Source: Candidatus Hodarchaeota archaeon
GTDB lineage: Archaea; Asgardarchaeota; Heimdallarchaeia; Hodarchaeales; Hodarchaeaceae
DNA length: 45,743 nucleotides
NCBI GenBank assembly: GCA_016840035.1
Contig: JAEOTC010000200.1
Span: 1-45,743, forward strand
Direction of reading: 5' to 3'
In this document: positions 10,141 through 19,238 of the stretch, piece after piece
Layout: each line of letters opens with the position of its first letter
Position numbering within the stretch: position 1 is the stretch's first letter
Position numbers and translations under genes: made by a program
The notes under the pieces: model-generated
Databases searched by the model: none
Told to the model about the DNA's origin: nothing
What the model saw: only the letters and a program-made list of their open reading frames with translations

Positions 10141-10152
10141 CGAATTTATATA
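10141..10152 (+). promoter_or_regulatory. Putative archaeal BRE/TATA box of the kinase gene
   Basis: CGAA-TTTATATA about 60 bp upstream of ATG 10213. Confidence 0.45.
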
Positions 10153-10212
10153 CAAGCAGCAATATTAGATCAATAATTCGTCCTTATGATAAGTCATTCA
10201 ACGTGAAAGAGA

Positions 10213-11382
10213 ATGATCTCTAAAGAAAGAGAATTGGAATTACTCTTAGAAGCTACCAAAGAAGTGCTATCACTTCAAGAATTCAGTGTGACTGCACGTA
10301 AAATTTTTGATATGTGTAAAGAGCTAACTGGTGCGAGCGCAGGGTATGTAGCCCTTCTTAGTGAAGATGGATCAGAGAATGAAGTTCTCTTTCTGGATGC
10401 GGGTGAAAGAGAATGTTCTGTAGATCCATATCTACCCATGCCCATCAGAGGATTACGAGCTGAAGCCTATCGTGAACTGATGAGTGTCTATGATAATAAA
10501 TTTCTTCATAGTGAATGGATACAATTTATGCCAGAGGGTCATGTGGCTCTTGATAATGTAATGTTCGCCCCATTGGTAATAGAAGGCACTGCTCGAGGAC
10601 TGGTTGGTCTTGCTAATAAAGATGGTGGGTTTCTTGATGATGACGCTCGGATAGTAGCTGCTTTTGGAGATCTATGTGCCATTGCGCTACAAAATAGCTG
10701 GAATATTAATAAACAACAGAAAGCCACTCGAGAAATATCGACATTGAATGAATCGCTTTCGATAATTAATAAAATTCTTCGTCATGATCTTCTGAACGAC
10801 ATTGCAATATTGGATGGATATCTTTCTCTTTTTGACAGAGGCCAGCCACTCGAGATTAGTAAGATGTTTGGTGTTTTGAATAAAATGCAGAATCTAATCC
10901 AAAGGATGCAAGAGTTGGAGAATGTAGCATCCCCAATTCAACCAACTGAAGAAGTTGAACTCAAACCAGTTTTTACTGAATTGATTACGAATTATTCTGA
11001 TCAACCAATTGAGTTTACTATAACTGGAAATGGTTTTATCTTAGCTGATCTTGCGATTACCTCTCTTTTTGATAATATCATCCGTAATAGCGTTCTTCAC
11101 TCTAGAACGGACAGAATCGATATTCAAATTCAACCTAAGGAGCAATTTTGTGAGGTGAAAGTTACTGATTATGGGAAAGGAATGCCAAAATCAATTCGAG
11201 ATAATCTTAACCGAGGAAAGTTTTTCGGTGAATCGGATTCACCAAATCTAGGGTTATTCATTGTAACTAAACTTGTTGAAAAATATAATGGGAAGCTTTC
11301 TGTAACATCTGCAGACTTGAAAGGGACTTCCTTCATGATTCAACTAATTAACTCTAAGTATCAAGAACCAGCTGGACATTAA
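10213..11382 (+). CDS. GAF-domain sensor histidine kinase
   Basis: GAF (MFAPLV...GLVGLANK..GF...D), H-box RHDLLND, N-box NIIRNSVLH, G1 DYGKGMP, degenerate G2 PNLGLFIV. Confidence 0.9.
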   Translation: MISKERELELLLEATKEVLSLQEFSVTARKIFDMCKELTGASAGYVALLSEDGSENEVLFLDAGERECSVDPYLPMPIRGLRAEAYRELMSVYDNKFLHSEWIQFMPEGHVALDNVMFAPLVIEGTARGLVGLANKDGGFLDDDARIVAAFGDLCAIALQNSWNINKQQKATREISTLNESLSIINKILRHDLLNDIAILDGYLSLFDRGQPLEISKMFGVLNKMQNLIQRMQELENVASPIQPTEEVELKPVFTELITNYSDQPIEFTITGNGFILADLAITSLFDNIIRNSVLHSRTDRIDIQIQPKEQFCEVKVTDYGKGMPKSIRDNLNRGKFFGESDSPNLGLFIVTKLVEKYNGKLSVTSADLKGTSFMIQLINSKYQEPAGH

Positions 11383-11402
11383 TTAAAATACTCTGATCTA
11401 AA

Positions 11403-12239
11403 TTACAGAGTGTTGTTTATTGCTTTGATGATTGCTTCGCGAATTCCATCACGTGGTGCCTCATATCCCCAAGAGATTTCCTTTCCATTAACAAAAATTG
11501 CACGGGAGATTTGATGAGTTAGGAATTGTTTACGATCATCAGATGAGTACTCATGGAGCACAACTTGATCTTTAAATTCAGTGACAACTTCTCGGACTCT
11601 TTCTGCTTCTGTGTTCGAAGTTTCACAAAACGTATTGTAAAATAAATCAATAACTACACTACCTGAAGTAGGCTCATAGACATAATTTCGTACTAGAAAC
11701 TTAGGTTTCTCCGCAGATTGGTCGTGTATCTTCCATAACATCAGTTCCGTATAATTTCCTGCGGAATGTGAGATTTTATCGATTTCTTGATATCCATGAT
11801 TTCTAAAAAATTGCGCTGGCATTAGAAAAAAATCGGAATTCCAATCATAAGCAATTAATACAACCCCCTTTTTCCCTTGATTCTTACATTCTTTTTCCGC
11901 GGCATCTAACAGTTCCTTCCCAATCCCTTTTCCTTTGAATGGCTCATTGATATTGAGACACGGAATTACTAAGAGATCTTTTCCGATAGGCCCCCAAGGG
12001 CTTATTTCTATTGGTAGGCAGTAAAGAAATCCTACTCTTACATTATTTAACAGAGCTACTTTAGCCCGAAAGCCTTCTCGATATTTTTCCCGAAACCATT
12101 TGGTTCGATTGCTTCTAAATGCTAAGCAATCAGCAATAAATATTGGATTATCTTTCGCTTCCTCTCTACTATGCCCACACATACTTACAAACTCCTCATC
12201 CTCCAGTTGCATGTCTCTTATGGTGATTTCTGGTACCAT
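11403..12239 (-). CDS. GNAT acetyltransferase with YoaP-like C-terminal domain
   Basis: IPCLNINEPFKGKGIGKELL, FLMPAQFFRNHGY, thioredoxin-like tail AIFVNGKEI. Confidence 0.8.
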   Translation of the reverse strand: MVPEITIRDMQLEDEEFVSMCGHSREEAKDNPIFIADCLAFRSNRTKWFREKYREGFRAKVALLNNVRVGFLYCLPIEISPWGPIGKDLLVIPCLNINEPFKGKGIGKELLDAAEKECKNQGKKGVVLIAYDWNSDFFLMPAQFFRNHGYQEIDKISHSAGNYTELMLWKIHDQSAEKPKFLVRNYVYEPTSGSVVIDLFYNTFCETSNTEAERVREVVTEFKDQVVLHEYSSDDRKQFLTHQISRAIFVNGKEISWGYEAPRDGIREAIIKAINNTL

Positions 12240-12407
12240 AAGTATATAGTCAAGGATAATGATATTACTTTTTGCTTTGTAAATATGATTCCCTGTGATT
12301 TTATTGTGTTGTTTTTACCATTTTATCTGAGTATGAGTTCCTCTGATCCACATTCCTATTTCAGTAGATAATCTCTTTCAGAATCTTTGATAGCTTCTCT
12401 GAAATAT

Positions 12408-12971
12408 TTATGAGTTGTTTTTTCGAGTATTGGAAAACTGTTTTAATCTACCATTAGATAGATCAAAGAACCCATGTGGATCAGAGTCATCACTTATAGG
12501 CATCTCATCTTTTGACTTATCAGTAGTCTCAAAAGCTTGCCGTTTTGTGATGCTATTCTCTGATTCGTTGCTTGATTCCCTACTAGGAAAATAATTTTGG
12601 TCTAATCTTGATTTCAAAAAGGCAGATATTGGGGGATTATTGATAGCGAATAATGAAGCTTCACTAAGTTTTCTGGAGTCATTATAACTGCCCGGGATTC
12701 TTTTTGAGTGTGGGTTTTCAGCAAAAGAAAATCCCCTGTACGCCTGTCTTAAATAGAAGAGTGATATAAAAACAAAGATAATCATACCTACAAACTCTCC
12801 TAAGAATAATAAAGGAATAAGGGATAATAATCCACAGACTAATAATGCATATCGATTTGCTGCTAGGGAACAGTTAGATGAACAAACCCATACCTCCCCA
12901 CTAAAAACTGAAGATTTACTATGCTTTAGACTAATACGTTCAGAACCACATATCTGACATCTAATATTCAC
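12408..12971 (-). CDS. Hypothetical membrane protein with N-terminal Cys cluster
   Basis: CQIC...CSSNC, two TM helices, GGAGGT SD before the GTG start. Confidence 0.65.
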   Translation of the reverse strand: MNIRCQICGSERISLKHSKSSVFSGEVWVCSSNCSLAANRYALLVCGLLSLIPLLFLGEFVGMIIFVFISLFYLRQAYRGFSFAENPHSKRIPGSYNDSRKLSEASLFAINNPPISAFLKSRLDQNYFPSRESSNESENSITKRQAFETTDKSKDEMPISDDSDPHGFFDLSNGRLKQFSNTRKNNS

Positions 12972-13134
12972 TTATTTTACCTCCAAAGAATACTTTTCTC
13001 CGCTTTAATACTAACTTCATTGTTTAAAAAACCAAACATGACGGAACAATTCTTATTCTACTTTCAAGTCTAGCGGCCCATGGGGATATCACATCGATTA
13101 GGCTTTTCCCTCTGAAAGAGAAATGAGTTTTTAA

Positions 13135-14568
13135 TCATCTTTTTCGGATTCTAAAGAAAATTAGGAGTCCTAGTTCGATAACCACCCCAATTATGATTCC
13201 GATCCCAAATACGTCAGGATAATGGAAGATCTTGTCAAGTATGTCTTGAGGGATAGGATATACCGTAACTGTCACCATATCTGAACTACTCAATCCATTC
13301 TCATCATAAACCACGAGTTCAAGATAGTGAATATCTACACTCAGGTTATGTACTGAATAGGAAATTAATGATCTGTTCCAAGAACCACTTTCAACTAATG
13401 TATTATTTAAATAAAGAGAATAGGAAGCAGGATGATCATCTGAGCAATTCCACGTAACAGCTGCGTTTGAGTGATATTTCACAATGAGATCTTCTGGATG
13501 ATTCATTATGGGAGATTGAAAGTCATAGTTTCTAAGTGGATAGAGATCAGCAAAAGGCCCCCCATCTATTGAATAATTACCTGTTCCATTCCAATCAGAC
13601 CAGTGGTTCCCAGCTAGCCGTTCTGGATCATACCAGAACTCATAGGTTCCATTATCAAACGCTTGTGAGTGGATGGTTAAATTCCCATTATCTATGATAG
13701 TGTTAAAGTAGATAGAATTACCTTTAGTGGAATAAGGATAACCTTCTACTTCTTTATTCATAATGAAGATCCCATAATCAGAATTCTGTTCGAGAAGATT
13801 AAAGGAAATAGTGGAATCTTCAAGAATCGAAGCAAAAATTCCATATTTATTATGTGATACCTCATTTCCAGTGATTTCATTAGCTGAGGTATACTGAAGG
13901 TTAATTCCACTGTTATTATTATACGTAAATGAGTTGTTGATAATTTTTATATTTCTACTGAGTTGTTCTCCAGTAGGATAAGTGTAGATTCCATCAGAAT
14001 TATTAAAACATTCGTTATTTGACACTATAATGTCAAATCCTGCAACTAAGATCCCCACAAAGTTTTCTTCACAGTAGTTTCCTTCAATCACACCATTTTC
14101 ACTAAAAAACATGGTTATTCCATATCCTGAACATCCTCTGACCACGTTATTCAAGATGTACGGGGAACCAGATTGAAGTACACCAACAATTATTCCATAC
14201 ATACTGCTTGAATTTCCCTCACCATCAATCCAACAATTACGAATGATAAAATCTTTTGTAGTGTTGGTGATTCTGATCGCATTCATGTAGAAATTGGTGA
14301 TCTTAAGGTTCTCAATAATAAATGGATCTTCAGGAGTACCAGTTCCGCTTGATGAAGCGTTTTCTAATGCAATATCATCTTCTACCTCGATAGGGTTGTG
14401 TTGAATATATTGGGTAATTGAAGATTTGCTAATTTGTCGATTCTGAAGCCTAGGTTCTTTTGAAAGTGAGGGATGAGTTGAAAATGTAAGTAAAGTGGAA
14501 AATACTAGCAAACCAAGAATTAAACTCTGTATTAGGGACGAAAACTGAGGGGTCTTTCTGATTTTCAT
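13135..14568 (-). CDS. NosD/right-handed beta-helix cell-surface protein with Ig-like domain and C-terminal TM anchor
   Basis: Signal peptide (start taken at MKIRK), GTGTPEDPFII, Asn-rich PbH1 repeats, GNHWSDW, TM followed by RIRKR. Confidence 0.85.
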   Translation of the reverse strand: MKIRKTPQFSSLIQSLILGLLVFSTLLTFSTHPSLSKEPRLQNRQISKSSITQYIQHNPIEVEDDIALENASSSGTGTPEDPFIIENLKITNFYMNAIRITNTTKDFIIRNCWIDGEGNSSSMYGIIVGVLQSGSPYILNNVVRGCSGYGITMFFSENGVIEGNYCEENFVGILVAGFDIIVSNNECFNNSDGIYTYPTGEQLSRNIKIINNSFTYNNNSGINLQYTSANEITGNEVSHNKYGIFASILEDSTISFNLLEQNSDYGIFIMNKEVEGYPYSTKGNSIYFNTIIDNGNLTIHSQAFDNGTYEFWYDPERLAGNHWSDWNGTGNYSIDGGPFADLYPLRNYDFQSPIMNHPEDLIVKYHSNAAVTWNCSDDHPASYSLYLNNTLVESGSWNRSLISYSVHNLSVDIHYLELVVYDENGLSSSDMVTVTVYPIPQDILDKIFHYPDVFGIGIIIGVVIELGLLIFFRIRKR

Positions 14569-14650
14569 GGCAAAATGGATGTGCATTCTGATTGATATAA
14601 TCTTTTGAAGGTCAGAACTTAGGTAAAATCCGCCTGAAATTTATAAAACA

Positions 14651-15400
14651 CTACAATGATAAAACATTGACAACTTCTTGTAAGGATCGAGTAAATACGT
14701 GGTCAGGAGGGAAAATAGTGGTTCCGTGCGCCATCTCATAGGCAGTAGTACAAGAACACGATATGTGACCAGCATATTTTATACCCCCTTGTTTAAAATC
14801 TTCAGCCCATGAATTGAGATCCTTCACCATATCCACTTCTGGGACTTGATTAAACAGAAGATATACATCCAGGTTGAGCTGGGGTTTTGCACGCTTATAG
14901 AGTATTTCCAACAATCTTTTTGACCCATTTACTTCATAGGAATTTGGTCGTAAGATTAAAATGGCTTTATTTGATAAAGTAATCAGATTAACAAGGTTCA
15001 TATGCCAACCAGGTGGGGAATCAAAAACAACATACTTATACTTGTTTTCAAGCGATTTGAATTCTTTGATCATCCTCCCTAAGAGATTGAGAAACCATTC
15101 TTGATCTGATCCCATAATTTTCTCCATAGGATTAAAATCCTTATTTGCAAAGATTACGTCTAAATCAGGCTTGATATTAGGAACTATAACGTCTTTGAAA
15201 TTACCACTCCCATTAAGATAGTTATTGAAAAATGTGTCAGGATCGTGTTTGAATATGTTGTAAAAGGAAGGCATGCTAAAGTCATTCTCGATAAGTAAAA
15301 CGCGTCCTTTCTGGGATAAAATGCTAGCAAGATTAACTGCTACAGTAGTTTTTCCAGTCCCTCCTTTATAACTGTGAACAAAGATCTTCTCTGTTGTCAT
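14651..15400 (-). CDS. ParA/MinD family ATPase
   Basis: Deviant Walker A KGGTGKT, LLIEND, Walker B VVFDSPPG, LLFNQV. Confidence 0.92.
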   Translation of the reverse strand: MTTEKIFVHSYKGGTGKTTVAVNLASILSQKGRVLLIENDFSMPSFYNIFKHDPDTFFNNYLNGSGNFKDVIVPNIKPDLDVIFANKDFNPMEKIMGSDQEWFLNLLGRMIKEFKSLENKYKYVVFDSPPGWHMNLVNLITLSNKAILILRPNSYEVNGSKRLLEILYKRAKPQLNLDVYLLFNQVPEVDMVKDLNSWAEDFKQGGIKYAGHISCSCTTAYEMAHGTTIFPPDHVFTRSLQEVVNVLSL

Positions 15401-15415
15401 AACAATCTCATGACA

Positions 15416-15949
15416 TTATCGGACACTATAATAAATTTTCCCTTGAGATTCTGTAGATTCAAGAAGCACGTCTGCAAGAAATTTCTCTAGATATTTTCGA
15501 ATAGACTGCTCATCTTTATCCAAATACTCCATCAAATCGTCCATAGTTACTCCCGTAGGTTTTTCTAGTTGTAGATTTACTAAGGCTGTTGCTACATCCC
15601 TTTCTTCTTCTGGGAGCGACGTTCGAATATTCCAGTTATTCAGGGTAAATTGTTCTCGCAATTTAAGATAATACTCGGTGATTGCTCGTTTAATGAAGTC
15701 ATCAACACCCATAAGTGCGTTACTAAGTTTTATGTATCGATTTGAAACAATTTTCTGGATTTCATCAATAATATCTTCATCAATTTCTAATGTAACACCA
15801 TGGTAGACTTTGTTTACACAAAACCTGAGGACTTCAGATTTATTTTTAAGTTTATACTTCTCTTGAATCTGTGTAAACTTTTCCTCATCTATTTTATCAA
15901 GATCTACTCGAATGTGAAATTTTCTCGGTGTTTCTTTGTCCCCTGGCAT
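15416..15949 (-). CDS. Putative DNA-binding protein: two ribbon-helix-helix-like units plus C-terminal winged HTH
   Basis: FHIRVDLD...KNKSEVLRFCV; VTLEIDED...VDDFIKRAI; GVTMDDLMEYL...SIRKYLEKF...GKIYYSV. Confidence 0.65.
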   Translation of the reverse strand: MPGDKETPRKFHIRVDLDKIDEEKFTQIQEKYKLKNKSEVLRFCVNKVYHGVTLEIDEDIIDEIQKIVSNRYIKLSNALMGVDDFIKRAITEYYLKLREQFTLNNWNIRTSLPEEERDVATALVNLQLEKPTGVTMDDLMEYLDKDEQSIRKYLEKFLADVLLESTESQGKIYYSVR

Positions 15950-15994
15950 AACTAATCACGTTGTTTTCAAGAACGGTAGAAACCATCTATTAAT

Positions 15995-16097
15995 AATAAT
16001 ATTATTCCTTAATATTGTCCAACATAGTAAACCTTATTAAGGCTAGTAAATAATATGAGATATTGTAATATAATATGAATTGACTATAATATATTAT
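15995..16097. repeat. AT-rich TAATAT repeat/palindrome array
   Basis: TAATAT at 15997, 16010, 16051, 16066, 16071, 16087; perfect 12-bp palindromes at 15995-16006 and 16086-16097. Confidence 0.6.
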
Positions 16098-16443
16098 GCT
16101 TATCGTGTAGAAGAAAGATGGAAGTACTATGAATGGCGTAGTCCTACGCACTATTCATGTTCCAGAGGGCTTTCATCAGGGTAACCTGGATTTTCAAAAA
16201 CAGAATAGCATGTGTACATGAGTGGGGTTATATTACGGGATAAAACAAAAATCCTTGTTTGTCCCATACACATCTAAGTATAACAAGGTACGGAGGAACT
16301 TTTGGGCTTATCTAAGAGTATTCCTCCCTCTTTTTATTCATAGCATTCAAAATCCTAAATTAGTAATGAATATCGGAAGGGATAAGTTAAGTAAGAAAGC
16401 TAGGTTTTTTTACTTGAGAAGACAAACTAGAGACTTGAAAAGC

Positions 16444-17583
16444 ATGTCAATACCAGAACTTCTTTTACATCAGAAGCGAATCCCTTCATCAATTTGGACC
16501 TCCTTACAGCAGTATGCCGAAAATCAATACTGGGATATAAAGAATTATAGTCAAGTTGCCTTAGAACTTGAAGAATTTATCCATAATCTTCCCTCTTCTG
16601 AAGAAAATTTAGATGAATTGTGGTACGTCCTTATAAAACTCCTATTTTTTGCTGGTGATTTCAGAAGATTGAATGAAGTATATGCATCAATCACTGCCAC
16701 CAATCAAGGAATCCCTGGCGTTCGTGTCTTCTATGCCCTTGCTCTCACATTTCAAGGACATGCAAATGAAGGACTTCGAATTTTAAATAATGTCAAAGTT
16801 GATAAAATTAGGAACCCTCAAATAAAACTCGAAGCTCTAGGAGTCACCCTTTTCTTCTATTCGATACGTCGTGACCAAGACAAGGTGGATGAATTGTATC
16901 ATAAGATTATTCATCTTTCCGAATCTAATCCCGAACTTACTGAGCGAGATAAAGCTCATTTACTTCCATGGGCATATATTCGAAAAGCTTATTCAATTCG
17001 GGGGCAAACAACCAGAGCTCTTGATCTACTAATAAAAGTACAATCTGAACTCAATATTTTTCCTCATCGTTTCTTTCAAATCATGACTAGTCTCCGTATT
17101 GGCCACATCCACCACATTGGTGGTGATTTCACGAAAGCAATTGAGTATTATGATCAAGCTATCGACCTCGCATCGGAGTTACAAAGCTGGCATTATCTTT
17201 CTATGATTTATAATCGTGTGGGTTTTATTTTAACCGCTCAAAGACAACATAATGAAGCTAAAGGATATTTTCAGGAATCACTCGATTTTGCTAATAAATC
17301 GGGTGCACACTGGCTTACAGTGGGTCCACTAGTTAACTTAATTCGATGGAAACTAAATCAAGGCAGGGTTGATGAAGCTATTGAGGATTATCATACTTTT
17401 GCGAAAATTACAGAGTCTGTTGGTGATGAACAGGAACAATTTTACGCTCTTCTCGCGTTGGCCGAGCTCTATGCCCAAATTGATGATATGCCTAAGTCCA
17501 AATATTATTATTCCAAAGGTGTAAAGTTGGGATTAAAATTAGGCCATTTTCGTTTAGTCGATCAGTCAAAAGAGAATAATTAA
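16444..17583 (+). CDS. Tetratricopeptide repeat protein
   Basis: IGHIHHIGGDFTKAIEYYDQAIDLA and following TPR units; start uncertain (ORF open from 16222). Confidence 0.8.
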   Translation: MSIPELLLHQKRIPSSIWTSLQQYAENQYWDIKNYSQVALELEEFIHNLPSSEENLDELWYVLIKLLFFAGDFRRLNEVYASITATNQGIPGVRVFYALALTFQGHANEGLRILNNVKVDKIRNPQIKLEALGVTLFFYSIRRDQDKVDELYHKIIHLSESNPELTERDKAHLLPWAYIRKAYSIRGQTTRALDLLIKVQSELNIFPHRFFQIMTSLRIGHIHHIGGDFTKAIEYYDQAIDLASELQSWHYLSMIYNRVGFILTAQRQHNEAKGYFQESLDFANKSGAHWLTVGPLVNLIRWKLNQGRVDEAIEDYHTFAKITESVGDEQEQFYALLALAELYAQIDDMPKSKYYYSKGVKLGLKLGHFRLVDQSKENN

Positions 17584-17595
17584 GGGAATTTAAAC

Positions 17596-19182
17596 CTACT
17601 CAACCCAATAATGATGGTAATATTTCCTGATTAATTCTTGCTTGTATTCAGTATTCAAGTCGCTAATGGTCTTATAGATGTAATCCAGATTTGCTCTTTC
17701 AGTGATTTTTGAAATATTTAGCTGGCTCAAAACCTTTACCGATATGGGCCGTTTAGCTTTCCAGTAAATGATACTATTTAAGAATTTTAGAGCGACTGGA
17801 TGGTTCAGTAACGAATAGAAAAATAAAGCCTCTTCTTTTGTAGAAGTAGGAAGCAAATAACTAGTATCATCAAGTACCACAGGTTTATTCTGAATAGGGC
17901 CAATAACCGTAAACCCAAGCTTCTTATGAAGACCAGATATTCCAATCTTCCAATTTGTAAAGGAATATGGCCCTACACCAAATACTGAAAATGGGGGTTT
18001 ACCCTTATAGATAGAACTACCACGATGTCCCATCATGATGCGGTTTGCATCGAGATATTCCCATGTTTTGGGTGCAGTTGTTTTAATTGTTGTAGTATCT
18101 TCCCCTACTGTTTTTTGTGGAACTATCAACCAACGATGAGTTTCGTTTACGTTATTATGTGCTAGATCTGTACTTTTAAGTAAAGGATAGAGGAAAGTAT
18201 CCTCTATTTCAACTTTATTGTTTTGACCATTAATATAGGAGTCTCCCTCTTTTGTTAGTATCATAATTTGGGATGCATCATGCTTAATTCCGGATCTCCA
18301 AGGAATTACAAATTTCCCGTGAAGGGATTCCGTCTCTCTGAAAGCTTCCAAATTATTTACGATTAAATCTTCAATAATTCCAAGCGATGATGACGATGAA
18401 GTTGCTTCTAATGAAGGGTAGACAGTCATCGTCTGGGTCGAACTTCCTGCTTGAATGTCCAAAGTTAGTAAACACGCATCCACTGAAGCATTAAAATGAC
18501 TTAAAGCATTAATCATGTGTATAGTACACCTAGTAACGGGAGATTTGTGTTTATAAATGAATTTGAAAATCTTTCGTGCAACGCTTACTTTACATAAAAA
18601 TGCTAAGGTTCCTGAAGATTCATTCATTACTTTTAACAGAGTTAAAATCATCCACTCTGAGATATCAAAATTACTTTTTCCTGTGAGCGAATCTAAACCA
18701 GTGAAACCATGTATATTACTTTTTTTAGGAAGATTCGTTCCATTAATTAATCCCTGTGTTGATGAGGTAATCCATGGTAAATTACCCACAATTAAAATTG
18801 GAGTCTGTAATTGAGATATGAATTTGTTCCAATCTTTCAGGAAAAAATCGGTATTACTTAAATTTACAAGTTCTTGTTGTTTAAGTCCGATAACTTTAGT
18901 GTTTAACTCATTTAAATAACTAGGATTAATATCGAGGCCGTATATTTGAGTATTTGGAAAGGTTTTAAGGGCTGAAAGTATGAATGAACCTGTACCACAA
19001 GTGGGCTCTATTATTACGGAGGGGGAGATCCCCTCTGACTTTAATTTAGTTAGAATACTCTCTGCAAGCGTTAGGGGTGTTTGGAAATCGCCATACTCTT
19101 TAATGTGCTTATGCTTGCGTGATTTCACATCTAGGATGAATGAATATCTCGTTAAGAATCTTTCTTGTAGTCTTATAGTCAT
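17596..19182 (-). CDS. N6-adenine DNA methyltransferase (gamma-class motif order, resembles M.NspV-like family), orphan
   Basis: YGDFQTP, motif I IIEPTCGTGSF, motif IV variant VGNLPW, GKSNFDISE, WRSGIKHD. Confidence 0.8.
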   Translation of the reverse strand: MTIRLQERFLTRYSFILDVKSRKHKHIKEYGDFQTPLTLAESILTKLKSEGISPSVIIEPTCGTGSFILSALKTFPNTQIYGLDINPSYLNELNTKVIGLKQQELVNLSNTDFFLKDWNKFISQLQTPILIVGNLPWITSSTQGLINGTNLPKKSNIHGFTGLDSLTGKSNFDISEWMILTLLKVMNESSGTLAFLCKVSVARKIFKFIYKHKSPVTRCTIHMINALSHFNASVDACLLTLDIQAGSSTQTMTVYPSLEATSSSSSLGIIEDLIVNNLEAFRETESLHGKFVIPWRSGIKHDASQIMILTKEGDSYINGQNNKVEIEDTFLYPLLKSTDLAHNNVNETHRWLIVPQKTVGEDTTTIKTTAPKTWEYLDANRIMMGHRGSSIYKGKPPFSVFGVGPYSFTNWKIGISGLHKKLGFTVIGPIQNKPVVLDDTSYLLPTSTKEEALFFYSLLNHPVALKFLNSIIYWKAKRPISVKVLSQLNISKITERANLDYIYKTISDLNTEYKQELIRKYYHHYWVE

Positions 19183-19238
19183 TGTGTAACTTCACTGTGG
19201 GACTAGAAGGTTTTTATAAACTCCAAATTACCTCGTAA

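Noticed and set aside
16222-16443. 74-codon N-terminal extension of the TPR ORF from GTG 16222
   Set aside because: Composition (K/R/F/Y-rich) looks like translated AT-rich intergenic DNA; a later ATG is preferred, though not proven
14651-19182. ParA + DNA-binding protein + MTase as an integrated plasmid or provirus
   Set aside because: No integrase, replication protein, att repeats, tRNA target or structural genes seen; composition looks like the flanks
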